Shown: piece after piece, positions 51,632 through 64,000 of the stretch
How the letters are laid out: each line of letters starts with the position of its first letter
Numbering within the stretch: position 1 is the first letter of the stretch
Assembly (NCBI RefSeq): GCF_009914755.1
Contig: NC_060939.1
Direction: 5' to 3' (one strand)
DNA length: 64,000 nucleotides
Source of the DNA: the human T2T-CHM13v2.0 reference genome, Homo sapiens
The notes under the pieces: generated by a model
Databases searched by the model: none
What the model saw: the letters and a program-made list of their open reading frames with translations, nothing else
Told to the model about the DNA's origin: nothing
Made by a program: the position numbers and the translations under genes

Positions 51632-54600
51632 TTAATCAAAATGGAAAAGTGGAAGTGTGTATTCACTAATGTTTCAGTTTAGGCCAAGCAGGAGACGTTA
51701 TTTCCTTCACCAGGTAGAGCAGTTGGGATCTGGAGTGTAGGTGGCCATGGACTGGTGGTGCCCCACCTATCTAAGCTCATAAGCCACCCCCGATCCAATG
51801 TGTTAGGTGGGCAGCATCATCCCTTGCAGACAAAGACTCGCTTTCCAAGTTACTGGAAGTGGCAGGATTGATTTCCAGCCCAGTGTTTTCCAGAGAGCTG
51901 CAAGGCTCTCCATTATTCTTGGAAACTCTGCCCTTGGCATTGAGACATGCCATCTGGGGCTCCTCTCAGTTTTGAAAGGAGAGAAGACAATATCATTTGA
52001 TACCTTATCAAAGCGTACTTTACAAAAACAAAAAAATCCCAAGTTTAAACACGTTAGATTTCTTTCCCTTTCTTTTCCCCCTCCTTTTATTAAGCACTTT
52101 ATATTCTCTAAGAAGTTGGGACTCATTAATTACAGCGGTGGTAATTATAACCCACTCGTATTTCTACAGAGCCCTTCTGAGGAGCTGAGAGTCCTTTATA
52201 AATATGAGCTCATTAATCGTCCCAGCAGCCCTGCAGGTAGAAGACAACTACTGTCCCTTAGAGTCTGGGGCTCCAGGACTGCCTGAGTGGGGGAGCCACA
52301 GGTGCTCCAGTGCCCAGGGCTTGGGCTGCCTGAAGCCCTCTGCAGGAACAGCCACTTGCTTGAGGCACTGAAAGTTAAAGGCTGCTGGGTCACTGGCTTC
52401 AAGGGCTTCAAGCTGTCTCGAAGTTCCAAAATTAAAGCTGGCAGCCTAGCTCTCCTCCAAAGCACACCCACAGGACAGGGTCAAAGACAGGAGCCAGCAG
52501 CCCCATCCTGGCCCCTGCATGCCCTGGCGCTTCCCATCTCAGCACCTTTGCTTGGCTGTGCCCCGTGTTTGTTATGCTCTCCCTCTGTTAAGTTAGCTTT
52601 ACCCTTCAGCTGAAGTTCTGCTGGGTTCTGCAGTATCTTCTCCCACTGTCCTCCCATGGGTAGTCTGAAGTCCTCATTTTGCGGGTAACCCTAAGCAGCG
52701 TGACCTTTTCAGCCATCTGTCTTGGCTTGCTAGTGATTTTCTAAATCATGATTTGGCGTTCCTTGAAAGCATAGTCGAGCCCCTTGAGGGAGGGAAACAT
52801 CTTTCCCATGTTTCTGGGAGCTCCAGGGACAAGTTCAGGTTCTGTATACTGTAGGGGGTCAAGAATTGTTGACTGATGGGCTAACAGGGCCCTGAGTGGC
52901 TGTTCCCCGGGAAGCACTGCCAGAGGAGATGGACTGGGGGAATGCAGAAGCCCGCTGCCCCCTCCCGTGCTGCCATCTCACCCAGCCTGCCATGAGCCTC
53001 CAAGCCAGACGACAGCACCTTCTACCCTCCAAGGGCATGGTTTTCACATCTTCAGATCTTATGTGAGCAGCTCCTTACCTCTCCCACCAGGCTTGCCTGT
53101 AATATCAAACCATGCTCATCCTTCAAGCTGACATGCAAATGCCATCTCTTTAGTGAAGTCTTCTTTCCTGAACTTGTTCTTCCTCCATGAAAAACCATTG
53201 CTTTACTCTGAGCCCTCACAATATATTACATAGGTAATCCTCCCGATTGTGGCTTTACCATGTTCCAACTGTATGGACTTGGAAAGGTCTCCACCTCCGC
53301 AGGCCTCTGTGTCCCCATCTTTTTGATGGTAATCACACGCCCACCATGAGTGTCATAAGAACCAAAAGGGAGAGCTAGGTGCCTGGTGCTTAGTATCCGT
53401 CACTGTTTGTACTCTCTGCCACAAGAAGGGTAAGGATGGTGGCTAGTTCATTGTTAGGGATGGGGTGACTCCCAAATCTCTTGGTTTTTAAAAGGTTATC
53501 AAGTGATTCTGACGTGCAGCTACATTTGGAGACCACAAGTCTAAACCAGACAGTGTAAGAGAGAAAACAGGGTTCCAGAAAGTGGGGGTGGGGAAGAAAG
53601 GTCAATATCACAAACAAGAGTTGTATCAAAGGTGAGACACACAGAGCCCAGGGTTGGAATCTTCCATGTCACCCAACGAACAACATGTCTGATATTCACA
53701 TCCCATTAAGTCTTTGATGAGCCTGACTGCTCTTTTTATTTTTAAAATTTTATTCATATAATGTATGAATTATAAAATAATTACCACAGATAAGTCAGAA
53801 TTCCCCTTGACACTCATCGTTCACTCCCTCCCCACTGTTGTCAGGTTTTGTTTGTAGTATTTCAGGACCTTTTCTGTATATTCAATTTTTTTAAATTTTA
53901 TTTAGAGGGTAAATGAGGGTATATGGAGGACTTTAAAAAGATCATGTTATACTTGTGGTATTAGTCTCAATTTAATATTAAACTTGACTTCCCTGTCTAT
54001 ATCAGATAATGGGTAAAATTGTTAGCTGGGGCAGGGTCTTATTCAGTCACAGCCACAGCTACAGCCCAGTGGACACTCTATTTAGGAAATGTTGCTGAGC
54101 ATCTACTGAAATCCAGACATTAGGCATTATTTATAGTCCCCTGAGTTACGCTAAACTCAGTTTCCTGGGTTCCTGCCCATATTTCTCCATCTGTATTTCT
54201 TCATCTCCATCAGGATGTACTGAAAGTCCATGCCAATTGCTTTACTGAAATTAGATCTCTTATATTTATTGTGTTTCTCTGACTACCAGTCTGGTAACCT
54301 TGTCACAGGGAGCTTATTTTTACATAGGCTTATTTTGATTCACCTATTCTTTGTAAAGCCATCTTAGCCCCTGATGATCACTATTTCATTTTCTAATTGC
54401 TGATAACTTGTGGCTTTAATCACTTATGCTACAATACTGCCCTAGATCAATATCAAATTCATAAGCACACCCTATTTCCACTGAAATTCAGCTTTTCTCA
54501 TCTCTTCAGTCCTTCCTATTTCTCCATCAGCTATGTGGTGATCTTTGCAAGCTCTCTCAGGATTCAGGAGCATAGTTCATTGGCCTCAGAAGACTGAACT

Positions 54601-54900
54601 GAGTTCAGGGCCATCTGGGCTCCCTGATCACCCCCTTCATCACAGCTGTCAGCTGTACCACCAGCTCCTCTCCTAGCCCTCTTCTCAGTCCAAAGCTCAC
54701 TTTACTGGCCTGAAAGTAAACCAGCAGTGGAAAGCATGTTTCCCCTTTAGCCTCTGACATCAATGGGAGGCAGAGTGAAAAGGTCAGGGGCCTCAGGAAT
54801 CAGATAGGTGCTTGTTCAAGGCCCAGCTCCACCAATGGCCAGCTCCCAGGACTGGGCAAGTTGTTGGACCTTGGTCATCCTTGCTGTATTATTTCTGTAA

Positions 54901-55155
<255 letters not shown>

Positions 55156-56589
55156 GGGAAAACTTCTTTTCTAAGTTGAGTTATTCATCAAAGCAATCAG
55201 CCATTATCTCCTCAGTGCCTGCACTACCTTGAATCTCTGCTGAAGCTGATATGACTGATAGAGGGCAGAGATGGGGCTCTTCTAGCTTCTCTATTTAACA
55301 CCAAAGGGAGAATTAGGTAAGTCAGGGCACTTCAGAGTGAAGGGTGATTCTCCTCCCAAGTCCCTTTGTGGCAGATGCTCTCCTGGTCTCTGGATGGAGG
55401 ATGCTATGACAGTCCTGTGTGCCTTGTTAAACCCGATCCTCTTTCTATCCTCCATAAAAAAGGTCCTGGCCACAGCTGACCCCAAATACTGCTCTCATTC
55501 ACGGACTTGGTGAGATCTTTGCTCTCACTACTCAGTCAAACTCCTTTACAGATGAGGAAACCGACGCTTAGAGAGGGGACATAACTTGATCAAGGTCCTC
55601 CGAAAATTTGGTTGTGGAACTAGGGCTAGGACACAGAAATTCTGGGGTATGACCTCTTCCTCTAGGCTCAAACCCTCTGACCCAGTCTCCTTGTAGTTGA
55701 CAGGAAGCTTTCTTTAGGCCCAAAGGTTTGGTGCAGAACAATTTCCATCAGTTACCTCTGCTCCTCCTTCTTCATGCCCTAACAGTATACCAGGACCCTA
55801 ACCTATACATCAAGAATCCCATTTCTGCTGTGTGACATTGGGCAAGTCACTGCCCTTCCCTGGGCCTCTGCACAATGTGGAGGTTGCAATTCCTGTTCTC
55901 TAAATTCACTTTCCACTCTGATTGTCTCAGACTCAGCACCTGTAAGACCGACATCCACATCACTCCACCCTTGGTGCTGAACAATCCCCGGGCTCATTCC
56001 AGCCTATAGTGACAGATCAGAGTTCCCTTCTACTCATGCATCCAGGCTTCATGGCCCAGTCACTGAGCTTGAGGGATGCAGGGCAGACATGGGGCCCTTT
56101 AATGCAGTAATGTGTACGCTATGAGCTTATATTGCAGTCGACCCACCACACCCTCTCCAGTACAGTTTAGTTGGATAGACTACAATCTCTGTGGAGACCC
56201 CTGAATGCACACCCACTCCTGAATCACCCCCAAATCTATCAGGTCTCCTGTTGGGAACCCCGAAGAAGGCCACTCTAGAGCCGGGGCTCCCTTGGCATGA
56301 CTCGTATCGTGTCATTAGCTGTCAGGAGTAGACTCTAGAGGCCGCTCCAACCCCCATGCACACACACACCGCCTTGGGCATCATCCACACACACCCACTC
56401 CCACCCCACAGGAATCAGTGTTTGGAAAAGAACGAACACAGCTCCTGCTTGGGCCCAAGTGACTCCCTGCCCATGCAGCCACATCCAGCCAGCACCTCCC
56501 ACGCTCCCCTGGGGCCACGCCTGCAGAAGGATGATAAGGGAATCGGATTCTCCAGCGACACCAGAGGCACAGTCCAAAGATCCAGAATA

Positions 56590-57010
56590 TTTAGCTGTGT
56601 TTACTCGCAATAATCAGCTTCTCAAAGACATGTCGCCGGGCAGCTCTTGCTACATTGATTATGCCGCCTCATATTTTTGGCCCCCAGGGGCAAACAGTTC
56701 TGATTAATATTTCACAACACCATTTTTTTTCCATATTCCTTTCTTCGCGTTGTTGCTTTTCTCTCTTTTTATTTTTTTCCTCCTCCTGAGCCCCTGAGAG
56801 CCTGGTAGAGAAACATGGAATATTTCACCGTCTCTTGTGTCTGCCTGCTCCAGTAATCAGCGGACTCAATCACGCTTGCAGTGTTTTTATGAATTAATAA
56901 CAGGCACTTTGGAGGGCTAGCGGGGGAGGCAGGAAACGCAATCTATGGAAGCTTAATGAGCGCCGTGGGGAGCAGCTACCTCCGCCTCCAACCCTGCGAC
57001 GCTGTGCTCT
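56590..57010. promoter_or_regulatory. Candidate developmental enhancer
   Basis: FOX TGTTTAC 56598-56604, near-palindromic GCCCCCAGGGGC 56680-56691, TGATTAAT 56701-56708, TTTTATGA, many CpGs, repeat-free. Confidence 0.45.
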
Positions 57011-58671
57011 AAATCATCGCTTCTGAGATCACCCACTTCCAGACCAGCCTGGACAGCTTGTGTGGGACTCCTCAGTGACCCTCTGTCCCTGCCAGGTCCT
57101 CCCGGGAAGCGGAATCTGGAAGAGGCAGCCTCAACGCTTCGCCATTTTAATTCGAAAAAGGAAAGGGAGACAGGGGCTCTGGTTTGTCCCTGTCATTGGG
57201 TGTGCTTTGTATCTGTTGCTTTTTGATAAATTGGGTGAGGAGCAGGTAAGAGTAGGGCATAGGGATCCACGGGTGATCTAGGCAGGGCCACGCATGGGGT
57301 CTTGCTGTTGTAGGTCTAGAAATGTGTTCTTTTTGGTACTCCATGGTGTCTAGATTCTAATAGACTCATTTATGCTAACTAAAACCCCAAGGATTTGAAC
57401 TGTATGTTCTGAAATACCACTTAAGAAAAGAATTTTCTGGTCTGTCATGGTCTGACATACAGCCCCACTGTGTGTGACCAACACTCAGTTCATATTACGT
57501 GAAACTCACCAGTTGAATCTTGTTTGATGAGACAAGACCAGTCCACTGACAGTGTGCATGGATGTTAGGGCAATGCCAAGTGACCACATGAGTCTCTAAG
57601 GGTTTTCTCTCAATGTCCTTGTATTCTGGTAACAAACAGGTCGCAGGCCCCTATCCACATACCACACTTTGAACAGTACTGGTCTAAACCTGAATGTCAC
57701 ATTCATAATTTGCAAAGGGAAATATAGCCAACAAATAAACCAGGACCTCGTGGCTGGGGTTGGAGCAGTCTTTACCAACAGGATGGGGACTAGTCAGATT
57801 CTAATCAGAAAGTTGTATTGGAAGCAAGGCATGTGTTGGTTCTTCTTTTATTTCTTTCTATTTTGACAAATGTCATATCTACACAAAAATAGAGAGAATT
57901 ATATAATAAACTTCGTGTATCCATCACTGAGCTTTGGTCATTAAGTTGCATATTTATGACAACCCTGTCCTTGAGCTCAGATGACCACATTTTCCTTGAA
58001 AGGCAGGCTCCACCCACCAAATGCCATGTGTCCGAAATTCAATGAGATCAGTGAGTTGGTCTGGCTTCCCTCTTTAGAGATGCCGTGCAGCTCACCCCTC
58101 CCAGGAATTACCCCCTCCCCAGTCCTTCTCCCCGAGGGAGGACCCAAGAGTCCAGGTGGGAGAGGCTCTTCAGTCACACATTCACGGATAATCACTTGGA
58201 TTCTTGTGCTAGATGACTGGTCTTATTCATCACATTCTGATTCTTCCTAATTTCATACTCATGCTAACCTGAAGGACCTGAGAAAGCCAGAAAGCAAGAG
58301 TTTGGGAAGCACTGTGTATTTTGACTTGGGTTTTGAAGGCACCCTGCCATGAGGCCCTCCAAATGCAAGTATGTATTACAAGCAGTGGGAAAATGTCCAA
58401 TCTCTTCCTCCACTCCCTATACTGGGCGCTATGCTGTCAGTGGAGCCCCAAGCAGAAGAGAGCAGTGTCTGCCCTCAGGGGGCTCCTAGTCCAGTGTGTA
58501 AATGCTGGTGATTTCTGAGAGTGAGCTCTGATCACTTGGTGAGGTTGTGAGTCACCTATCCTCTGCGAACCAGCTACTGGAGAAACAGCATGGGGAGGAG
58601 GATGATAAGGATGATGATAATGGAGGGGGCAGGGGGAAAAGTGGGGGAGAAGGAGAGGGACAAATAGAAAG

Positions 58672-58694
58672 AAAGAGAGAGAGAGAGAGAGAGA
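58672..58694. repeat. (GA)n microsatellite
   Basis: Direct reading. Confidence 0.85.
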
Positions 58695-59109
58695 AACAGC
58701 ATGCCCACACACCATTCAGACACATAAAGGCAGGGGGGAGAGCTAGGGCCTCTGAGAAAACCTGAGCTGAAGTAGAACACAAGGTGAGGGGAGAGGGAAC
58801 CTGGGGTTCCAGGTGTGAGCCAGAGGGGAGCGGGGGATTCAGGCCCTCTTGGGCCCTGCGGGCATGGGCCCCAGCAAGGTCTCAAGGCCCCATCTTGTGT
58901 GTGCATGTTACAGTTCTTCAGAGCACTAACCAAGATCCCACAAAAATACAGATCCAAATTTAAAAACAGCAGCCCTATGTATTAGTCATTTTCTCATGGA
59001 GGAGAGCTGCTTTTTGCCAGAAATCCTCCCAAACCATCACACGCCGCAGGGCTTAGGCCTTCCACCAAAGCCTGGTTTTCTGGGGACATTTGGGCTTGCT
59101 GTTATGTAT

Positions 59110-59225
59110 CACTGCTCTTCCAAATGTGGTCCTCGTAGTGTTGGCATCACTTGGGATCTCCCTAGAAATGAGGATTCTCAGGCCCCGCTCAGGCCCTCTG
59201 AATGGGATTCTGCATTTTAACTCCC
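59110..59225 (+). mobile_element. MER5A fragment
   Basis: ttggcatcacttgggatc...tagaaatgaggattctcaggcccc...tctgcattttaac. Confidence 0.75.
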
Positions 59226-59609
59226 TCCGCTTGTCATTCGTGGGCACACACAGGGGTGAGAAGCGTTGGTCTATCCCACACTTGGGGAGCACCTGCCTGG
59301 GACACTGGCTTCTCTTTATCACACCCCTCCTTCCTCAGCCCCATCCGCAATGGTTTGCTGGTTTGCTGCCAGCCAGGAAAAGTCCATGTCTCAGGCCAGA
59401 CTCTCAGAGGCCCAGAGATAATGGCTGAATATTGATGCCTCCCAAATGCATTTTAGCGAAAATGTCTTAAACATGTAAAAGCCTTTAACATCCCAGGGAA
59501 TAAATTTCTAATAATGACATTTCAGGCCCTTTAACATGCCTTGGCAAAACAATATTTCTAGATAGGAGAAGATGCCTTCCTAACATTGCTTACATTCTGT
59601 CATGTAATA

Positions 59610-59800
59610 ATAACTGGAATTTGTACAGCATCTTCCTTTCAAAACATGCATTTGTTACTTCTCATTTAATCCACCTGTCACCTGGGAGGTACACCAGGCA
59701 GCTTTCAGGATCCCTATTTTACAGGTAGGAAACTGGAGCTCAGAGAGGTTAAGGGACCTGCTTGTGGCCACCTAACTGAAGAGAAGCAGAGGCAGGTATG
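59610..59800 (-). mobile_element. MIR
   Basis: tctcatttaatcc...cctattttacaggtaggaaactggagctcagagaggttaag. Confidence 0.8.
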
Positions 59801-60049
59801 GACCCCCAAATCACCTGCCCCCAATCCCTGTGCTCCTTCTGGGCAGACTCACAACTTCCAGGACAATCCTGCCGGAAGGTACTGTGTACTAAGGGAGGTC
59901 TTGTGGTGTTTGCAGTAGAATCCCATCTTAAAAACCCCAGGGCCAGGTGTCCAGTTTAGCCCAACAAACATTGTCCTCCCTCACTGGGCCCTAAACTGGG
60001 TGAATGAGACCCAGGCCCTGCCTTTGAGAGCTTGAATATTAGAGCTTCA

Positions 60050-60667
60050 TTTTTTTTATTATTATACTTTAAGCTCTGGGGTACGTGTGCAGAATGTGCA
60101 GGTTTGTTACATAGGCCTACATGTGTCATGGTGGTTTGCTGCACCCATCAACCCATCATCTACATTAGGTATTTCTCTTAATGCTATCCCTCCCCTATCC
60201 CCTCACCCGCTGGTAGGCCCTGGTGTGTGATATTCCCTTCCCTGTGTCCATGTGCTCTCATTGTTCAACTCCTGGTTATGAGTGAGAACATAAGGTTTTG
60301 GTTTTCTGTTCTTGTGTTAGTTTGCTGAGAATGATGTTTTCCAGCTTCATCTATGTCCCTGCAAAGGACATGAACTCATCCTTTTTTATGGCTGCATAGT
60401 ATTCCATGGTGTATATGTGCCATATTTTCTTTATCCAGTCTATCATTGATGGGCATTTGGGTTGGTTCCAAGTCTTTGCTATTGTGAACAGTGCCACAAT
60501 AAACATACATGTGCATGTATTTTTATAGTAGAATGATTCATAATCCTTTGGGTATATACCCAGTAATGGGATTGCTGGGTCTAATGGCATTTCTAGTTCT
60601 AGATCCTTGAGGAATCACCACACTGTCTTCCACAATGGTTGAACTAATTTACACTCCCATCAACAGT
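60050..60667 (-). mobile_element. 5'-truncated L1PA (L1PA7-like): ORF2 C-terminus plus 3' UTR
   Basis: ORF 60351-60590 DPAIPLLGIYPKDY...ALFTIAKTWNQPKCPSMIDWIKKIWHIYTMEYYAAIKKDEFMSFAGT is the L1 ORF2p C-terminus; typical ttattatactttaag 3' end. Confidence 0.95.
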
Positions 60668-61229
60668 TGATGGAGCAGAGATGTGTTCTTACATCACAGC
60701 CTCCCCAAATAATATATGAATGCTTTTTTCCTCTAAGAAAGCAGCTATTTCTCTCCTTTTCAAGATGAAGTAAAAATAGCTCAGCTCCCAGATCCCACCC
60801 CCACACCCCCAGCCAACAGCTGTCCCCCAAGATGCCTCTGGCTGGGCTTTGCTTGAATCTGACATAGGCCCCTTGGGCAACGCATTAGCACCTTTTACGT
60901 CTCACCTTGGCCTAAGAGTTTTTGGTACAAAGCCAAACTTCAACAAAACTCGAAACCATTTTTTCTTTCTTTCTTTCTTTTTTTTTTTTTTTCCAGCAAC
61001 ACATTTAAATAAGCTTTTCTCAAATTGGATTTAAGGCAGTTTCACTTCCCTCTGCTCTTCTTCAAATCAAAACTTACCTTTCCTGTGTCCCATTTCTTCA
61101 GAGTCTTTCAGATGATTTAAAGCTCATCTGTTAAACCACTTTGCATTTAGAAGGATTTCACTAATATTAGAATAATATTTTACTCCTCCCTGAGAAAAAT
61201 ATGCCTTTCTAAACTCATCATTGCCTTAA

Positions 61230-61500
61230 TCCAGCATTCCACAAAGTGTGTGTCTGCAAAGCACTAGGTCTGAAAAGGGCTTTGTGAAAATATTTTTCCG
61301 GTCAATGTGGTTGGAAGATCCTGCATACTAAGTCCCCACCTTGGGTCATTAGCATAGTAAGGGCTCTGAGAAGTCCTGCGGGGTATAAAATGCTTTACGT
61401 TTGTTTAAATCAGCATTGCCCAAACTTTTTGGGGACAGACCCTCTTAACGCTTTTGCACATCTTGAATCCAGGTGCCACCTAACACACCTTTGGGAAATT
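61230..61500. mobile_element. hAT-Charlie MITE (MER103-like)
   Basis: cattagcatagtaagggctctgagaagtcctgc...tttgtttaaatcagcattgcccaaactt. Confidence 0.6.
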
Positions 61501-63399
61501 TTGTCAACATCCAATGGCTGACTCCCTTTGAGGATTTCAGGTCTGCAAATGGGTGAGGCAGGACTTCCTCTGTCCCTCCAGTCAAATCACCCTGCACCCT
61601 GCGTGCTATTCCCCTGGGCCTCTCCTCATAGTCTGTTGCAAAAGCAGCAGAAGGTGTCCAGGCTGTTTTCTGCCTTTGCCTGGCTGTATGACCATACTGC
61701 AGTGACTCAGCCTCTCAGAGACTCACCTGTGAAGTGGGAGGGTCCTGCTCCTTCTATCTCACGGGCAACAGGGAGGCTCCGGAAACAGCCTATGTTTCTA
61801 GAGCACCTCAGTATTCGTCATCCTAGATTCTACAGGGACCTAAGACCATTGGTTTCTTAAGCAGTGGACAGTAGGGAGCAAGTCCAGCCTTGCTTCAGAG
61901 TGGCTACTCCAGCTCACCAAACTCAGGATGACATTTATGTCCTCTCACATTCCTACCAGAGGCCAATCTTGGAGCTATAGCACTACTCGGAATCCCACAT
62001 TTTGGCAATGATGCCCAAGATCGTGCCTGGTACTTATTGTGGAAGGGGGATGGGGCCAGGTCGTGGGAGAGGGAGGTGGTGCACCCCTCTCTGCCATCAC
62101 TTCACCAGCGTGCAGTCATCACAGCCTGTCCTTGGCTTCATCCTTCCCCCGAGCCACACCTGTTAGCAATCTGCACTGGCGTGTGCAGTGCCTGTGCACG
62201 ACAGCCTGGCTGTAGAAATCCCGGGGGAGTTATTTTTGTCGCTTACATACATACCTTGTGTGCAGTCAGACGGGGGTGGTGTTTATGTCTCAGCTCCCTT
62301 TTGCAAAAAGAAAAAAAATTACAGTGGAGCTAGAAATGTGTACATTTTGAACAGCCGCCCTCATGCACTGTGTATATAACTCTGCTGCATGAAATTTAAA
62401 CATAAACTCGAGTTTTCTGAGATTGGATGGAGGAAAATTTGGCCATTGGCATCACGATTATTTTTCTGCACCAACTGCCAAAATCAGGCATTAAAATACA
62501 ACACTTCCACCCCCAGAAAAAAAAAAAAAAGAAAAAAAAACCACATTCACATCTATACAACCTAATTTTCTCTGGGGACAAGGTAGCTGTTGTTGATATG
62601 ACATGTTTTTGTAGCACAAATGTTGGCTCTTCAGCCCATTTTGCTCTTTTATATACACTCAAATGTGAAACATCTGAGAGAACACACACCATCAGTTCAG
62701 AGCATTCTCCCCTAGCCTTGCTGTGAGCTGAGAATCTGTACCAGACTCCAAGACAAACTCTCCAGGAGCTGAGACTGTAAGGTTTGATTAACTGGCACAG
62801 AGGGAAAAGGGTGTCAGGCTGCTTTCAGGGTCTAAGGGTGGGTGATCTTGGCATTATTATAGAAGATGGTGGTACAAGTGGGGTGGAGAAAGGGGAGGTA
62901 AAGGGGATGTGTCCCTACTATGGCCACTGGAGAAATAAACAAAGCTAAGGCAAAGTCCATTGGGATTCAGAATGATCTTATGTGTGTGCTAAAAAGGGAG
63001 ATGATGATGGAGACACATGCAGGCTTTGGACACAGATGGACCCGAGTTTGAATTCTGACCTAGGAAAGCTTCTTCCTGAAGAGGCTGCCCACTCCCTGAG
63101 CAGTGCAGGCTACTTCCTCCCGGGTGCCTGTTGGAGGTGCTGCACCAGCAGCCCAGACTTGAGTGTGAGTGGTCCCCTATGGTGGTCTTCATGGTTTGTT
63201 CCTTGTATGGTCAGCAGCCATTTTGGATTCTTCCTGCCTTCCTAAAAGGCAGCAAAGGCCCTTCCCTCACCAGCAGCCCCGATTTCCACCTCTGATACTC
63301 ACATCACAATCAGGTCTTCAATGGGAGGGTAAAAAAGTTGAAGACTGTGATTCTCTTAGCTCGCCAACTTTTATAATACATATTTCTAAAGTTTGGAAA

Positions 63400-63715
63400 C
63401 TCTCTTAATTCTTTATTTTTTTACTGCTATAACAAAATATCTGAGACTGAGTAATGTATAAGAAACAGAAATTTATTTTCTTACAGTTCCAAAGGCTGAA
63501 AGTCCAGGATCAAGCCCTGGCATGTTCAGTTGTCTGATGAGGGCCGCTCTCTGCTTCCAAGATGATGCCTTGTTGCTGTGTCCTCCAAAGGGGACAAATG
63601 CTGTGTCCTCACCTCTTCTTGTATGACAGAAGGGAAGAACTCCCTCAGTCAAACCCTTCTATAAGAGCACTAATCCTATTCACAAGGGCCCCACCCTCAT
63701 GACTTATTCACCTCC
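63400..63715 (-). mobile_element. MSTC/D-like LTR, partial
   Basis: ctgctataacaaaatatctgagactgagtaat...ctctgcttccaagatgatgccttgttgctgtgtcctcca. Confidence 0.8.
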
Positions 63716-64000
63716 ATCGCCAGTGTTTTTGTATATTTCCTTTGAGGACTTGGAGAATTTTTTTGTTTTGTTTTGTTTCAGAAATATCCTTCTGCAAGGA
63801 CAGCAGGGGCTACGCTAGGAGTGATGCAAATGCACCAAAGGGAGAAGCAGAGGAAAAGCCTGGACAAGGATCCAACAGACTTGGAACAGAGAGGAAGGGA
63901 GAGCTGAGTCCAGGCTACCTCCTTCCAGTCATCCAATTGCTGGAGGAAGAGAGGTCAAGAGGGAAAGACAGAAAGCTTCTTAGAGTGTCAAAGCAAGAGT

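Noticed and set aside
60351-60590. L1 ORF2p-like ORF as a functional CDS
   Set aside because: C-terminal remnant of a 5'-truncated L1 ending in a premature stop; no promoter, ORF1, endonuclease or RT domain.

Overview
Primate (human-like) non-coding genomic DNA. I find no credible protein-coding gene, RNA gene, CpG-island promoter or CRISPR array. Every long ORF I examined is explained by repeats, low-complexity DNA or chance; the only recognisable protein fragment is the C-terminus of L1 ORF2p at 60351-60590. The window is a mosaic of AluJ/AluS elements, many MIR and L2 relics, L1 3' fragments, MaLR solo LTRs (THE1, MST, MLT1; several with intact 5-bp TSDs) and hAT/Tigger MITEs. Between them are repeat-free, CpG-retaining, homeobox-motif-rich islands that look like distal developmental enhancers, suggesting a gene desert or large intron; I cannot name the locus. 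The main unexplained structure is a ~570-bp inverted duplication of mostly unique DNA (2188-2758 vs 16768-17338, ~93% identity by hand alignment) flanking a 14-kb segment. Its patchy divergence suggests gene conversion, so the segment is a candidate invertible unit. It holds putative enhancers, a perfect 11x19-bp polypurine VNTR and a 32-bp perfect palindrome. I see no evidence for a new multi-gene system. Repeat subfamily names come from my recollection of consensus sequences and need RepeatMasker/Dfam confirmation. Boundaries without TSDs are approximate.
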